64,000 bases of DNA, from NCBI RefSeq assembly GCF_902652985.1, contig NC_047017.1:27652001-27716000 (forward strand). The letters run 5' to 3'. This DNA comes from Pecten maximus (taxonomy: Eukaryota). Positions 51,522-64,000 of the stretch are shown here, one piece after another. Below the pieces are notes generated by a model, which was not told the DNA's origin, searched no databases, and worked only from the letters and a program-made list of their open reading frames with translations. Position 1 is the first letter of the stretch. Each line of letters begins with the position of its first letter. The position numbers were made by a program, and so were the translations under genes.

Positions 51522-52448
51522 GTAAGGATTTTCAAAGTCGGCAAACTTAAATAACATACACTGATCTGAGTGACAAGACAATATATACAGGTATGTATGA
51601 GGTATGTATAGCCGCAAACATTGTGTTCACAATGAAGAGTACAAAGTGTTTGTAGAACTATCAGATCGCAGAACTATCAGATCGCCTTACATACAAAGTT
51701 TACATCCGAAGACTGTTAAGGAAGAGTAATATAATCTAACATGGGTCTATTCTGTGGACAAGGATATATCTCAACTCATAAGACTTTGGTCAGTATGCAC
51801 GAGGCTTGTCGAGTGCTGGCCAGCAAAACTCTTACACGAATGATGATGTTGAGTTACTGTGAGCAGCATCATATAGCACATGCCAGCTGTCTTAACTAAC
51901 CTGTGTGAGATTGATGTATCTTTTCCCTAGCAACCGCCGGATATCCATGTGAAGTATATGTGAGAATATTTGATTCTACATCTTGGTATTGAGAAGATTT
52001 TGAAATTTCAGTCAGTTTGACCCATTTTGAATTTTTGACCCTACCCACCAGCTGTATAAAATCAAACTGCCGTCCCACTAACAATTCTGACCAAGTTTGA
52101 ACTATTTCCATTGACTGTTAAACAAAGGATGCTCAAAAATGTTACTATAGTAAAGTTGACCCCTTCCTTGGGGGAAACAGGAAACCCCAGGGTTATGGTG
52201 AGATTACAATTTTGGTAAAGCACCATAAGACCATTTCACCTATAAAGAGTATTAATTTAGATCTTACAAAATCTAGGTCTGGAGAAAAAGACTTCAGAGT
52301 TTTCAGTCAATTTGACCCCTTTTCGTCCTGCCCCTCAGGAACTTTTTTCTGCAAAATTTCAAATAGGTTTACAGGTTTTTCTTAAGAAATTATGTAGTAT
52401 ATGTTGAAGTTGCTATATTTATTTTAACAAACATCATTTGTCTTTTAG

Positions 52449-52610
52449 GAAGTGTATAAGATGAACCATGGTAGTCGAGGCATAAGGCGACTGTGGTTGA
52501 GAGGGTGTCACAGCAACTTCAGTTCCTACCAACAACTGCCAAAGAAAATCATGTGTACCATGGATGCAGAAGGATGGGGACAGATCTTCCAAATGGAGTT
52601 AGAGAGATAA
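52449..52610 (+). CDS. FBXO48: F-box only protein 48, terminal exon
   Basis: EVYKMNHGSRGIRRLWLRGCHSNFSSYQQLPKKIMCTMDAEGWGQIFQMELER* resembles the FBXO48 C-terminus (W-L-x-G-x-x-S-N...LP..IM..MDA..WG.I...ELER). Confidence 0.9.
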   Translation, partial: EVYKMNHGSRGIRRLWLRGCHSNFSSYQQLPKKIMCTMDAEGWGQIFQMELER

Positions 52611-53002
52611 TTGGGGTCCTTATCCAGATATTATTATTTAGTTGTGCTCTTTTGAGTTTTGGTATTTATAGCAGATTTTCAGTTTTAAATTTTATTTTGT
52701 TGTTGGATTTTACAATTTTTTATATTTGGATATTTTTTAACAACCTTTAACAAGGTCATTAATTATAATGAATATTTGTTATGAACCTATATATAGCTAC
52801 ATTATATGTATCTAAAGGGAATGTACAATATGTATCAGTTATGTACCTTTTATCTGGTTTCAGTCGTTATTTTTACTGCTAATATATTCATCACTAGATA
52901 TGTTAACCTTAATTTATAGTGCAGTTCTATTATTTTACCATATAAATACTATAATGACCACGAAATCTAGTCAGAAATGTAACTGTGAATATGAAAATGA
53001 TG

Positions 53003-53519
53003 ATGTTTGCCTTTGCAAGTGTGCTGTGTGAGAGTGGCTGGTGTTTGCCTCTGTGAGTGTGCCATGTGAAGGGTGGCTGGTGTTTGCCTCTGTGAGTGTG
53101 CCATGTGAAGGGTGGCTGGTGTTTGCCTCTGTAAGTGTGCCATGTGAAGGGTGGCTGGTGTTTGCCTCTGTGAGTGTGCCATGTGAAGGGTGGCTGGTGT
53201 TTGCCTCTGTGAGTGTGCCATGTGAAGGGTGGCTGGTGTTTGCCTCTGTGAGTGTGCCGTGTGAAGGGTGGCTGGTGTTTGCCTCTGTGAGTGTGCCATG
53301 TGAAGGGTGGCTGGTGTTTTCCTCTGTGAGTGTGCCATGTGAAGGGTGGCTGGTGTTTGCCTCTGTAAGTGTGCCATGTGAAGGGTGGCTGGTGTTTGCC
53401 TCTGTGAGTGTGCCGTGTGAAGGGTGGCTGGTGTTTGCCTCTGTGAGTGTGCCATGTGAAGGGTGGCTGGTGTTTGCCTCTGTAAGTGTGCTGTGTGAAG
53501 GGTGGCTGGTGTTTGCCTG
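53003..53519. repeat. 39-bp minisatellite (~13 copies)
   Basis: Unit gtgtttgcctctgtgagtgtgccatgtgaagggtggctg. Confidence 0.97.
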
Positions 53520-54472
53520 TATCTTGTAAGGAACAATGTTTGTCTGTATGAATGGCATGTTATCTTACCGGAAAATTTCATAATTACAAAATCTGAGTGG
53601 AATGAAATACCGACACATTGAAAAATCTTTATGTAGCTTAAAATGATCCAGGTGTTTTTATTGTGAACACATTGTAAAATCTGGTTTTTGCTTAAAATTG
53701 ACCATTATTTCTAATTCATAAAATCTATTGCAAGTTTAGGATGGATAAAAACGCTTAAGTATTTGGTATATGTAAGGACTGGAGAGTTGTTAGTGCTTTA
53801 TGTGTCTGTATGCTGTAAAAGGAGGGACAGTGTCCAATGGAAGTGATTTTAAACTCAGTATTATATACAAGTAACAAATATTTGATGCTCATCAATGGCT
53901 GTGTCTTACTTGTATATATGAGTCATTTGTAAATAAAGGAACAGTAGATATTTATGCATGGTGTTTATTTATTTCTTCTATTTGGTTTAAATGTGAATTC
54001 ATTCAAGGTTTCATCTGAATTTGAATAAGCCAACAATGAGGAAATGTTTTAGCTATAGTAACAATTATTCCAACCTTACATGAAACTGAAAAAAAAGATT
54101 ATTTATGAAATGTACTGACAGAGGTGGCTGGTATAGTGAAGATATGGGATGTGAAAGACAGATGGACAAATGGACATACAGATGTAGAGAATGATACATT
54201 TCACACGATCACCGAGGGTGGTGGAGGTTGGCATAATTTAAAACAGAACTTTTCATTAAAAGAGAAAAAAAAAAAAGATTTATTAAAAAACGTTAGAATC
54301 AATAACAACAGCAATCACAAGAAAATAAACAGTACGTCAAAATGGTGATGATGAGGTTGTCAGTATGGTAACATTACTGTCCACATAACAAAATGGAGAC
54401 CATGAGGGTGTAAGTTTGGTAACATTACTGTCCACTCAACAAAATGGAGACCATGAGGGTGAAAGTTTAGTC

Positions 54473-57400
54473 CCTGGTCTCGTCATGATAACTAACGTCA
54501 ACTGTATCTCTGGTCTCGTCATGATAACTAACATCAACTGTATCTTTGCTCTCGTCACAATAATTAACATCAACTGTATCTCTGTTCTCGTCACGATAAC
54601 TAACATCAACTGTATCTCTATTCTTGTCACGATAACTAACATCAACTGTATCTCTATTCTTGTCACGATAACTAACATCAACTGTATCTCTATTCTCGTC
54701 ACGATAATTAACGTCACTTGTATCTCTGGTCTCGTCACGATAATTAACGTCACTTGTATCTCTGGTCTCGTCATGATAACTAACATCAACTGTATCTCTA
54801 GTCTCGTCACGATAACTAACATCAACTGTATCTCTATTCTTGTCACGATAACTAACATCAACTGTATCTCTATTCTTGTCACGATAACTAACGTCAACTG
54901 TATCTCTATTCTTGTCACGACATCAACTGTATCTCTGGTCTCGTCACGATAATTAACGTCACTTGTATCTCTGGTCTCGTCATGATAACTAACATCAACT
55001 GTATCTCTAGTCTCGTCACGATAACTAACATCAACTGTATCTCTATTCTTGTCACGATAACTAACATCAACTGTATCTCTATTCTTGTCACGATAACTAA
55101 CATCAACTGTATCTCTATTCTTGTCACGACATCAACTGTATCTCTGGTCTCGTCACGATAATTAACGTCACTTGTATCTCTGGTCTCGTCACAATAACTA
55201 ACATCAACTGTATCTCTAGTCTCGTCACGATAACTAACATCAACTGTATCTCTATTCTTGTCACGATAACTAACATCAACTGTATCTCTATTCTTGTCAC
55301 GATAACTAACGTCAACTGTATCTCTGGTCTCGTCACGATAATTAACGTCACTTGTATCTCTGGTCTTGTCACGATAAATAACATCAACTGTATCTCTATT
55401 CTTGTCACGATAACTAACATCAACTGTATCTCTGGTCTCGTCACGATAACTAACATCAACTGTATCTCTGGTCTCGTCACGATAACTAACGTCAACTGTA
55501 TCTCTGGTCTCGTCACGATAACTAACATCAACTGTATCTCTATTCTTGTCACGATAACTAACGTCAACTGTATCTCTATTCTTGTCACGATAACTAACGT
55601 CAACTGTATCTCTGGTCTCGTCACGATAACTAACATCAACTGTATCTCTGGTCTCGTCACGATAACTAGCGTCAACTGTATCTCTATTCTTGTCACGATA
55701 ACTAACGTCAACTGTATCTCTGGTCTCGTCACGATAACTAACATCAACTGTATCTCTGGTCTCGTCACGATAACTAGCGTCAACTGTATCTCTGTTCTTG
55801 TCACGATAACTAACGTCAACTGTATCTCTGGTCTCGTCACGATAACTAACATCAACTGTATCTCTGGTCTCGTCACGATAACTAACATCAACTGTATCTC
55901 TATTCTTGTCACGATAACTAACGTCAACTGTATCTCTATTCTTGTCACGATAACTAACGTCAACTGTATCTCTGGTCTCGTCACGATAACTAACATCAAC
56001 TGTATCTCTGGTCTCGTCACGATAACTAACATCAACTGTATCTCTGGTCTCGTCACGATAACTAGCGTCAACTGTATCTCTAGTCTCGTCACGATAACTA
56101 ACATCAACTGTATCTCTGGTCTCGTCACGATAACTAACGTCAACTGTATCTCTGGTCTCGTCACAATAACTAACATCAACTGTATCTCTATTCTTGTCAC
56201 GATAACTAACATCAACTGTATCTCTGTTCTCGTCACGATAACTAACATCAACTGTATCTCTGATCTCGTCACGATAACTAACGTCAACTGTATCTCTAGT
56301 CTCGTCACAATAACTAGCGTCAACTGTATCTCTAGTCTCGTCACGATAACTAGCGTCAACTGTATCTCTAGTCTCGTCACGATAACTAACATCAACTGTA
56401 TCTCTATTCTCGTCATGATAACTAACGTCAACTGTATCTCTATTCTCGTCACGATAACTAACATCAACTATATCTCTGGTCTCGTCACGATAACTAACAT
56501 CAACTGTATCTCTAGTCTCGTCACGATAACTAACATCAACTGTATCTCTGGTCTCGTCACGATAACTAGCGTCAATTGTATCTCTAGTCTCGTCACGATA
56601 ACTAACATCAACTGTATCTCTAATCTTGTCACGATAACTAACGTCAACTGTATCTCTAGTCTCGTCACGATAACTAACGTCAACTGTATCTCTAGTGTCG
56701 TCACGATAACTAACGTCAACTGTATCTCTGGTCTCGTCACGATAACTAACATCAACTGTATCTCTATTCTTGTCACGATAACTAACGTCAACTGTATCTC
56801 TGTTCTCGTCACGATAACTAACATCAACTGTATCTCTGGTCTCGTCACGATAATTAACATCAACTGTATCTCTATTCTTGTCACAATAACTAACGTCAAC
56901 TGTATCTCTGTTCTCGTCACGATAACTAACATCAACTGTATCTCTGTTCTCGTCACGATAACTAACATCAACTGTATCTCTGGTCTCGTCACAATAACTA
57001 ACATCAACTGTATCTCTGATCTCGTCACGATAACTAGCGTCAACTGTATCTCTGGTCTCGTCACAATAACTAACATCAACTGTATCTCTATTCTTGTCAT
57101 GATAACTAAAGTCAACTGTATCTCTATTCTCGTCACGATAACTAACATCAACTGTATCTCTGGTCTCGTCACGATAACTAACATCAACTGTATCTCTATT
57201 CTTGTCACAATAACTAACATCAACTGTATCTCTGATCTCGTCACGATAACTAACATCAACTGTATCTCTATTCTTGTCACAATAACTAACATCAACTGTA
57301 TCTCTATTCTTGTCACGATAACTAACGTCAACTGTATCTCTGGTCTCGTCAGGATAACTAATGTCAACTGTATGTCTGCTCTCGTTACGACAACTAGTGT
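54473..57400. repeat. 36-bp minisatellite (~80 copies)
   Basis: Unit tctctggtctcgtcacgataactaacatcaactgta. Confidence 0.98.
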
Positions 57401-57721
57401 CAAGTGTACAATTAATTTCTGGTTTATTTAACATTCATATATCAAAGAAGAAATGGTTTTGAATCCCACATTAAGTTACACAAGTTACATACACACCTAT
57501 AGTTATTCATACATACAGGATACTGTTCTCAGGATGATAACTATCATATCTAATAACCATAAATATATTCAAACATACAACCCCTCACTCGGATTCACTC
57601 AGAAAATAATGGTGATTCTTACACTCCAGTACATCAAAGTTTACATTCAATCTGAAGATCATTTCATGATCCATTAGCTACACACAGAAAAGAGAAGTCC
57701 AAGGCTAGAGATTGCTAGGTG

Positions 57722-57860
57722 TCAGCTGCCCTTGGACTGGTTTGTGTAAGGAAGTAAGTCTTTGGCGGGAAATCCGTGTATCACCAGTAGTATAACCACC
57801 ATGGCAATGAATGGAGCCATCAACAACCACTGTAGGTCCTCCATCACAAGGGTGTTAAAT
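57722..57860 (-). CDS. DEX1-like (defective in exine formation 1 / FG-GAP repeat) membrane protein, terminal exon with transmembrane helix
   Basis: FNTLVMEDLQWLLMAPFIAMVVILLVIHGFPAKDLLPYTNQSKGS*; resembles the L-x-W-L-L-x-x-P-x-x-x-M C-terminal TM segment of plant DEX1; phase-2 join. Confidence 0.85.
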
Positions 57861-57874
57861 CTGGGGAGACAATA

Positions 57875-58668
57875 GCACAACATCAGGTATACAACACAAC
57901 ATCAGCTATACAACACAACATCAGGTATACAACACAACATCAGGTATACAACACAACATCAGGTATACAACACAACATCAGGTATACAACACAACATCAG
58001 GTATATAACACAACATCAGGTATATAACACAACATCAGGTATACAACACAACATCAGCTATATAACACAACATCAGGTATATAACACAACATCAGGTATA
58101 CAACACAACATCAGGTATACACCACAACATCAGGTATACAACACAACATCAGGTATACAACACAACATCAGGTATATAACACAACATCAGGTATACAACA
58201 CAACATCAGGTATACAACACAACATCAGCTATACAACACAACATCAGGTATACAACACAACATCAGGTATATAACACAACATCAGCTATACAACACAACA
58301 TCAGGTATACAACACAACATCAGGTATACAACACAACATCAGGTATACAACACAACATCAGGTATATAACACAACATCAGGTATACAACACAACATCAGG
58401 TATACAACACAACATCAGCTATACAACACAACATCAGGTATACAACACAACATCAGGTATATAACACAACATCAGCTATACAACACAACATCAGCTATAC
58501 AACACAACATCAGGTATATAACACAACATCAGCTATACAACACAACATCAGCTATACAACACAACATCAGCTATACAACACAACATCAGCTATACAACAC
58601 AACATCAGCTATACAACACATCAGCTATACAACACAACATCAGCTATACAACACAACATCAGCTATAT
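57875..58668. repeat. 19-bp minisatellite (~41 copies)
   Basis: Unit caacacaacatcag(g/c)tata, starting ~12 bp from the last-exon acceptor. Confidence 0.97.
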
Positions 58669-58699
58669 ATCAGACAGGAAAATAATTACTTATATCAGA

Positions 58700-59600
58700 G
58701 TAACAGTGACACAACCTGGAAACATTGACACACCAGGGTAAGATTGACAAACAAAGGGGTAACAGTGACACATGGGGGTAACATTGATATATTGGGGTAA
58801 CACTGACAAATATAGGGGTAACATTGATACATCAGGGTAAGATTGAAACATCAGGGTAACAATGACACACATAGGGGTGACACTGACAAATAAGGGGTAA
58901 CATTGATACATCAGGGTAAGATTGACAAACAAAGGGGTAACAGTGACAAATATAGGGGTAACATTGATACATCAGGGTAAGATTGAAAGATCAGGGTAAC
59001 ATTGACACATAAGGGTTAACATTGACACACAAGGTTAACAATGTTACACACCAGGGTAATATCAACACACCAGGGTAACATTGACACATCAGGGTAACAT
59101 GGACACATCAGGGTAACATTGACACATCAGGGTAACATGGACACATCAGGGTAACATGGACACATCAGGGTAACATTGATAAACATAGGGGTAACATGGT
59201 CACATCATGGTAACATGGACACATCAGGGTAACATTGATAAACATAGGGGTAACATTGACAAACATCAGGGTAACATTGACATACATAAGAAACATTAAG
59301 ACACATCATGGTAACATTGACACACATCAACACACATCTGGGTAACACTGATACAAGTTTGGGTAACACTGATACAAGTTTGGGTAACACTGATACAAGT
59401 TTGGGTAACACGAATACAAGTTTGGGTTACACTGATACAAGTTTGGGTAACACTGATACAAGTTTGGGTAACACTGATACAAGTTTGGGTAACACTGATA
59501 CAAGTTTGGGTAACACTGATACACTGATACAAGTTTGGGTTACACTGATACAAGTTTGGGTTACACTGATACAAGTTTGGGTAACACTGACTCATCAGGG
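58700..59600. repeat. 19-21-bp gggtaaca-core minisatellites
   Basis: gggtaacattgacacatca grading into gggtaacactgatacaagttt. Confidence 0.9.
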
Positions 59601-59837
59601 TAAAATTGTCACACATTGTTCTACCTTCATGGGTAAGATGCTTCACTTATGCAAAATGAATCTATTAGAACCAGGTTTATTAACTAAAACAACATCATCT
59701 TATACTCAATAACATAAATTATAGAATGATTAATGATCATTTTGTCAGAAATTTAATTCATAATCACTATTTTCTGACATGTCAAACTAGATCTATACTA
59801 ATGCATTATTTTGTAGTGAACTTGGATACATGAATAC

Positions 59838-59995
59838 CTTAATGGATAGGAATCCTGGAAAATTTGACCATGCTGATTGGTCATCATCACTGTCACATGA
59901 CCAAGCCTTGGCTCCTCCCATACAGGAACAATCACACTGTATTCTCCAGGTAGGTTATATTCATCAGAAAACAGTAAGTTACTGCCATAATATAT
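59838..59995 (-). CDS. DEX1-like protein, exon
   Basis: 158 nt, IYYGSNLLFSDEYNLPGEYSVIVPVWEEPRLGHVTVMMTNQHGQIFQDSYPLR; TTCAG acceptor and GTATTC donor. Confidence 0.85.
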
Positions 59996-60596
59996 CTGAA
60001 ATTATCACAAATAATTACATATTACATCTAAATTTTTTTAATAAATTACATAAAAGATAGACGGACAACACCATACAATAATATTCCCTTTGACGAGTGT
60101 ATCAAAATGTAGGTCAGAGTGACCTAAGTGAACACATGCCCCAAGTATGAAGTTCCAGTCACAAGAAGTGTAAAAGACAAAGCCTTGTCAAGATAAAGTA
60201 CTGAAAGATGTTAGGTCAAAGGTCAAACGTCAAAATGTAAGTCAAAGTGAGATATACTTTTGATACAAAATATCACACACTGCCTCATCTAGGTGAACCC
60301 ATGACTCCAGTATGGAGTTCTAGTGACAAACATTTAGGAAATGGAACCTGGAAAATGTTTTCTTTGATGTAAGCCAAAAAGTTTAAATGTATACCCAGGT
60401 GACTCCAAGCAATGATGCCCGAAGTATGAAATAGCTATATGTGCGGGGGGGGATAGAGCCCAGACAAGTACCGAAGGACAGAAGGATGGAAGGACAGAAG
60501 GATGGAAGGACAGAAGGATGGAAGGACAGAAGGATGGAAGGACAGAAGGATGGAAGGACACAACATGTTACTATAGTCTCCCTGGTGGACTAGTTC

Positions 60597-60750
60597 CAGG
60601 TGTAACCTGGCAGCGACTTAAGTAATTTTGTGATTATTCCGGAAATGCTGGCAATAGCTAGTTCCCCATCTGGAACTTGGGGGACTTTTTTTATGTCAGC
60701 ATGTCAGGAATTATCACAAAATTACTTAAATTAATGCCAAATTAAACCTG
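60597..60750. mobile_element. Small MITE with ~60-bp imperfect terminal inverted repeats
   Basis: caggtgtaacctggca..ttaagtaattttgtgat versus atcacaaaattacttaa..tgccaaattaaacctg; no clear target-site duplication. Confidence 0.65.
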
Positions 60751-60977
60751 AAAATATCTTTAAATCAGCTGAAATATAAAGAATTTGAAATAAAAAAACA
60801 ACATTACTCATACCACAATTAAAACATACCAGGGAAGTCCACATTTCTAATACAACATGCTGTAAATCATGTAACGCTGTCTTGATATAGTTAAACAGTG
60901 TAGGGCTATTACATAGGTAGAAACATATACATGTAGATCGATATATGAGAAACTATAAGAGGGCTATATATATTTAC

Positions 60978-61097
60978 CTTAATTTTGTAGACGTTGTTTG
61001 TGTTGCCTGTTGGGTCGATTATTTCAAATTGTACAGTGAATTTTCCGCCAGTTACCTCCCCTTCTGACTTGGTAAACCAGGTAACGTATACGCCAAG
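60978..61097 (-). CDS. DEX1-like protein, exon
   Basis: 120 nt, LGVYVTWFTKSEGEVTGGKFTVQFEIIDPTGNTNNVYKIK. Confidence 0.85.
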
Positions 61098-61568
61098 CTG
61101 TGGACAGTAACATCAGTAAATCAGTGTGTTTTTTATATCAACTGTACCATAAAACTTTGTAAATTCTCACTTGTCAATAATGTTTATATGTTTCTGCCTT
61201 TGCCACCTTAAATGTAGGGGAGGTGGAGAGATATTTGTACAAAATTCAATACACTGCATTTCACAATTCATTCAAGATTAACATTTTGTATGATTAAAAC
61301 AATAAACAGACAGGTAGAGAAAGACAACATACAAATATTCTGTGGCCTGAACTTTTTCTTATCTAGAGTAGTACTTCATAGGAAAATATTTTAATCTTGA
61401 ACACTGAAAGAAACAAATTGACCTGACTCGTACTACAAAGAAACAAATTGACCTGACTCGTACTACAAAGAAATAAATTGACCTGACTCGTACTACAAAG
61501 AAACAAACAGATCTGACTCGGACTACAAATCGAGTCCTGTATAAACGAGCATACATACTTAAACTTAC

Positions 61569-61868
61569 CTTATTTTGTGCAAAAGAAAAGTCATTTGGTG
61601 TTTTAACATTGGACGGCAGAGATAGTAGGTGAGTTTCTCGTGTTTTTTCCTCATCTATTCCAGCAAAAGGATCCTCCACTTCAATCTCTGAACCAAGACA
61701 TAAAATAGTCCCGTCGTTGGTGGCAATCAGAAGCTCTACCCCTTCAGCTTTGTCTACCAGATTATGTGATAATATCTGCACCAATGATGATTCCCCAAGG
61801 GGATAATGAGTCTTGCACTCAAGTGAGGTTGATATGATATGTAACGACCCATCATCTGTTAGGTATAC
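61569..61868 (-). CDS. DEX1-like protein, exon
   Basis: 300 nt, VYLTDDGSLHII...HNLVDKAEGVELLIATNDGTILCLG...FSFAQNK (FG-GAP-like beta-propeller blade). Confidence 0.88.
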
Positions 61869-62009
61869 CTAAAACAATAGTTATATCACTGGTCAACAGT
61901 AGAATATCATACCTGTATATCAAATGTTAATTGTAAAATGCAAGTTAGACAGAGCTTCAGGCAGATGGTAAACAGTAGGTGCTGGACTCCCCTAATCACT
62001 GTAATGTCT

Positions 62010-63690
62010 ATTAAGATTAGGACAGTAATATATATTTGGATTAGGACAGTAATATCTATTTGGATTAGGACAGTAATGTCTATTTGGATTAGGACAGTAA
62101 TATCTATTTGGATTAGGACAGTAATATCTATTTGGATTAGGATAGTAATATCTATTTGGATTAGGACAGTAATATCTATTTGGATTAGGACAGTAATATC
62201 TATTTGGATCAGGACAGTAATATCTATTTGGATTAGGACAGTAATATCTTTTTGGATTAGGACAGTAATGTCTATTTGGATTAGGACAGTAATGTCTATT
62301 TGGATTAGGACAGTAATATCTATTTGGATTAGGACAGTAATATCTATTTGGATTAGGACAGTAATATCTATTTGGATTAGGACAGTAATGTCTATTTGGA
62401 TTAGGACAGTAATATCTATTTGGATTAGGACAGTAATATCTATTTGGATTAGGACAGTAATGTCTTTTTGGATTAGGACAGTAATGTCTATTTAGCTTAG
62501 GACAGTAATGTCTATTTGGATTAGGACAGTAATATCTATTTAGATTAGGACAGTAATGTCTATTTGGATTAGGACAGTAATATCATTTGGATTAGGACAG
62601 TAATATCTATTTGGATTAGGACAGTAATATCTATTTGGATTAGGACAGTAATATCTATTTGGATTAGGACAGTAATGTCTTTTTGGGTTAGAAGGGTGAT
62701 ATCTATTTGGTAAGTTAGGACAGTGTAATAATGCTTTGATAAGTTAGGACAGGGAAATTATGTTTTAATAAGTTAGGACGATAAAGTAATGTTTTGATAA
62801 GTTAGGATGGGATTGTAATGCTTTGTAGAAGTTAGGACAGGGTAATAATGTTTTGAGAAGCTGGGACAGGGTGGTAATGTTTTGAGAAGTTAGGACAGGG
62901 TAATAATGTTTTGATAAGTTAGGACAGGGTAGTAATGTTTTGATAAGTTAGGACCGAATAGTAATGTTTTGTAGAAGTTAGGACGGGATAGTGATGTTTT
63001 GTAGAAGTTAGGATGGGATAGTGATGTTTTGTAGAAGTTAGGATGGGATAGTGATGTTTTTGTAGAAGTTAGGATGGGATAGTGATGTTTTTAAGAAGTT
63101 AGGATGGGATAGTGATGTTTTGTAGAAGTTAGGATGGGATAGTGATGTTTTTGTAGAAGTTAGGACGGGATAGTGATGTTTTTGTAGAAGTTAGGACGGG
63201 ATAGTGATGTTTTGTAGAAGTTAGGACGGGATAGTGATGTTTTGTAAAAGTTAGGACGGGATAGTGATGTTTTGTAGAAGTTAGGACGGGATAGTGATGT
63301 TTTGTAGAAGTTAGGACGGGATAGTGATGTTTTGTAGAAGTTAGGACGGGATAGTGATGTTTTTAAGAAGTTAGGACGGGATAGTGATGTTTTTGTAGAA
63401 GTTAGGACGGGATAGTGATGTTTTTGTAGAAGTTAGGACGGGATAGTGATGTTTTTGTAGAAGTTAGGACGGGATAGTGATGTTTTGTAGAAGTTAGGAT
63501 GGGATAGTGATGTTTTTGTAGAAGTTAGGACGGGATAGTGATGTTTTTGTAGAAGTTAGGACGGGATAGTGATGTTTTTGTAGAAGTTAGGACGGGATAG
63601 TGATGTTTTTGTAGAAGTTAGGACTGGGTAATAATGTTTTGAGAACTTAGGACAAGGTAATAATGTTTTGAGAACTTAGGACAAGTTTTG
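62010..63690. repeat. 24-bp array grading into a 30/31-bp array (shared ttaggac core)
   Basis: ttggattaggacagtaatatctat changing to gtagaagttaggacgggatagtgatgtttt; fills nearly the whole intron. Confidence 0.96.
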
Positions 63691-63701
63691 TGTATCTTTA
63701 C

Positions 63702-63828
63702 CAAGTCTGGTGCAATAATCCTTGTTGACAGTTTTGCTATGAGCACATCAGCCTTTAATTTCCGTCCTGTCCTGATTGGCCAGCCTGATAAAATGGATCC
63801 ATTCTTCCCATCCAAAGCAAAAATATTT
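63702..63828 (-). CDS. DEX1-like protein, exon (gene continues off the right edge; next donor at 63996)
   Basis: 127 nt, NIFALDGKNGSILSGWPIRTGRKLKADVLIAKLSTRIIAPDL (ALDGK.G....GWP propeller motif). Confidence 0.85.
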
Positions 63829-64000
63829 CTGAAAGTATAAGACAAATACAAAAATCAACATAATAACAGTGTTATACACATAGAGAACTACTTTTAACCA
63901 AACCCTCAACTCTTTATTTCTATTTAGTTTCAGTGTTTGGGAAAATGTCATCCCTCTTTATCTGTGGAGATTTAATAGGTGAGCTTAAAAACTTACTTGG

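Noticed and set aside
52967-53581. ORFs over the 39-bp repeat
   Set aside because: Open on both strands only because the unit lacks stops; probably 3'UTR or intergenic.
54416-57434. Long RDETRDTVDVSY / VIVTRPEIQL ORFs
   Set aside because: 36-bp minisatellite open in multiple frames and broken by frameshifting deletions.

Overview
AT-rich, intron-containing animal genomic DNA. The repeat families and gene set suggest a bivalve mollusc such as a scallop (inference). Five spliced protein-coding genes can be built by hand with GT-AG junctions and consistent exon phases: (1) the 5' part of dipeptidyl peptidase 3 (DPP3, minus, 5 exons in window); (2) a complete, divergent PRD-class Q50 homeobox gene (minus, 4 coding exons, ~256 aa) whose homeodomain is split over three exons and is invisible in the ORF track; (3) PIGF (minus, 5 exons, 228 aa); (4) FBXO48 (plus), head-to-head with PIGF; (5) the 3' part of a DEX1-like FG-GAP membrane protein (minus). 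There is one tRNA-Asp(GTC). Much of the remainder is minisatellite, including a 9.8-kb 31-bp array with higher-order repeats, plus decayed LINEs, tRNA-derived SINE fragments, non-autonomous DNA elements and foldback elements. All long ORFs in the track are repeat artefacts. Most notable: tandem arrays in three consecutive DPP3 introns are amplified copies of the gene's own splice junctions; the orphan-looking homeobox gene; and an animal DEX1 homologue.
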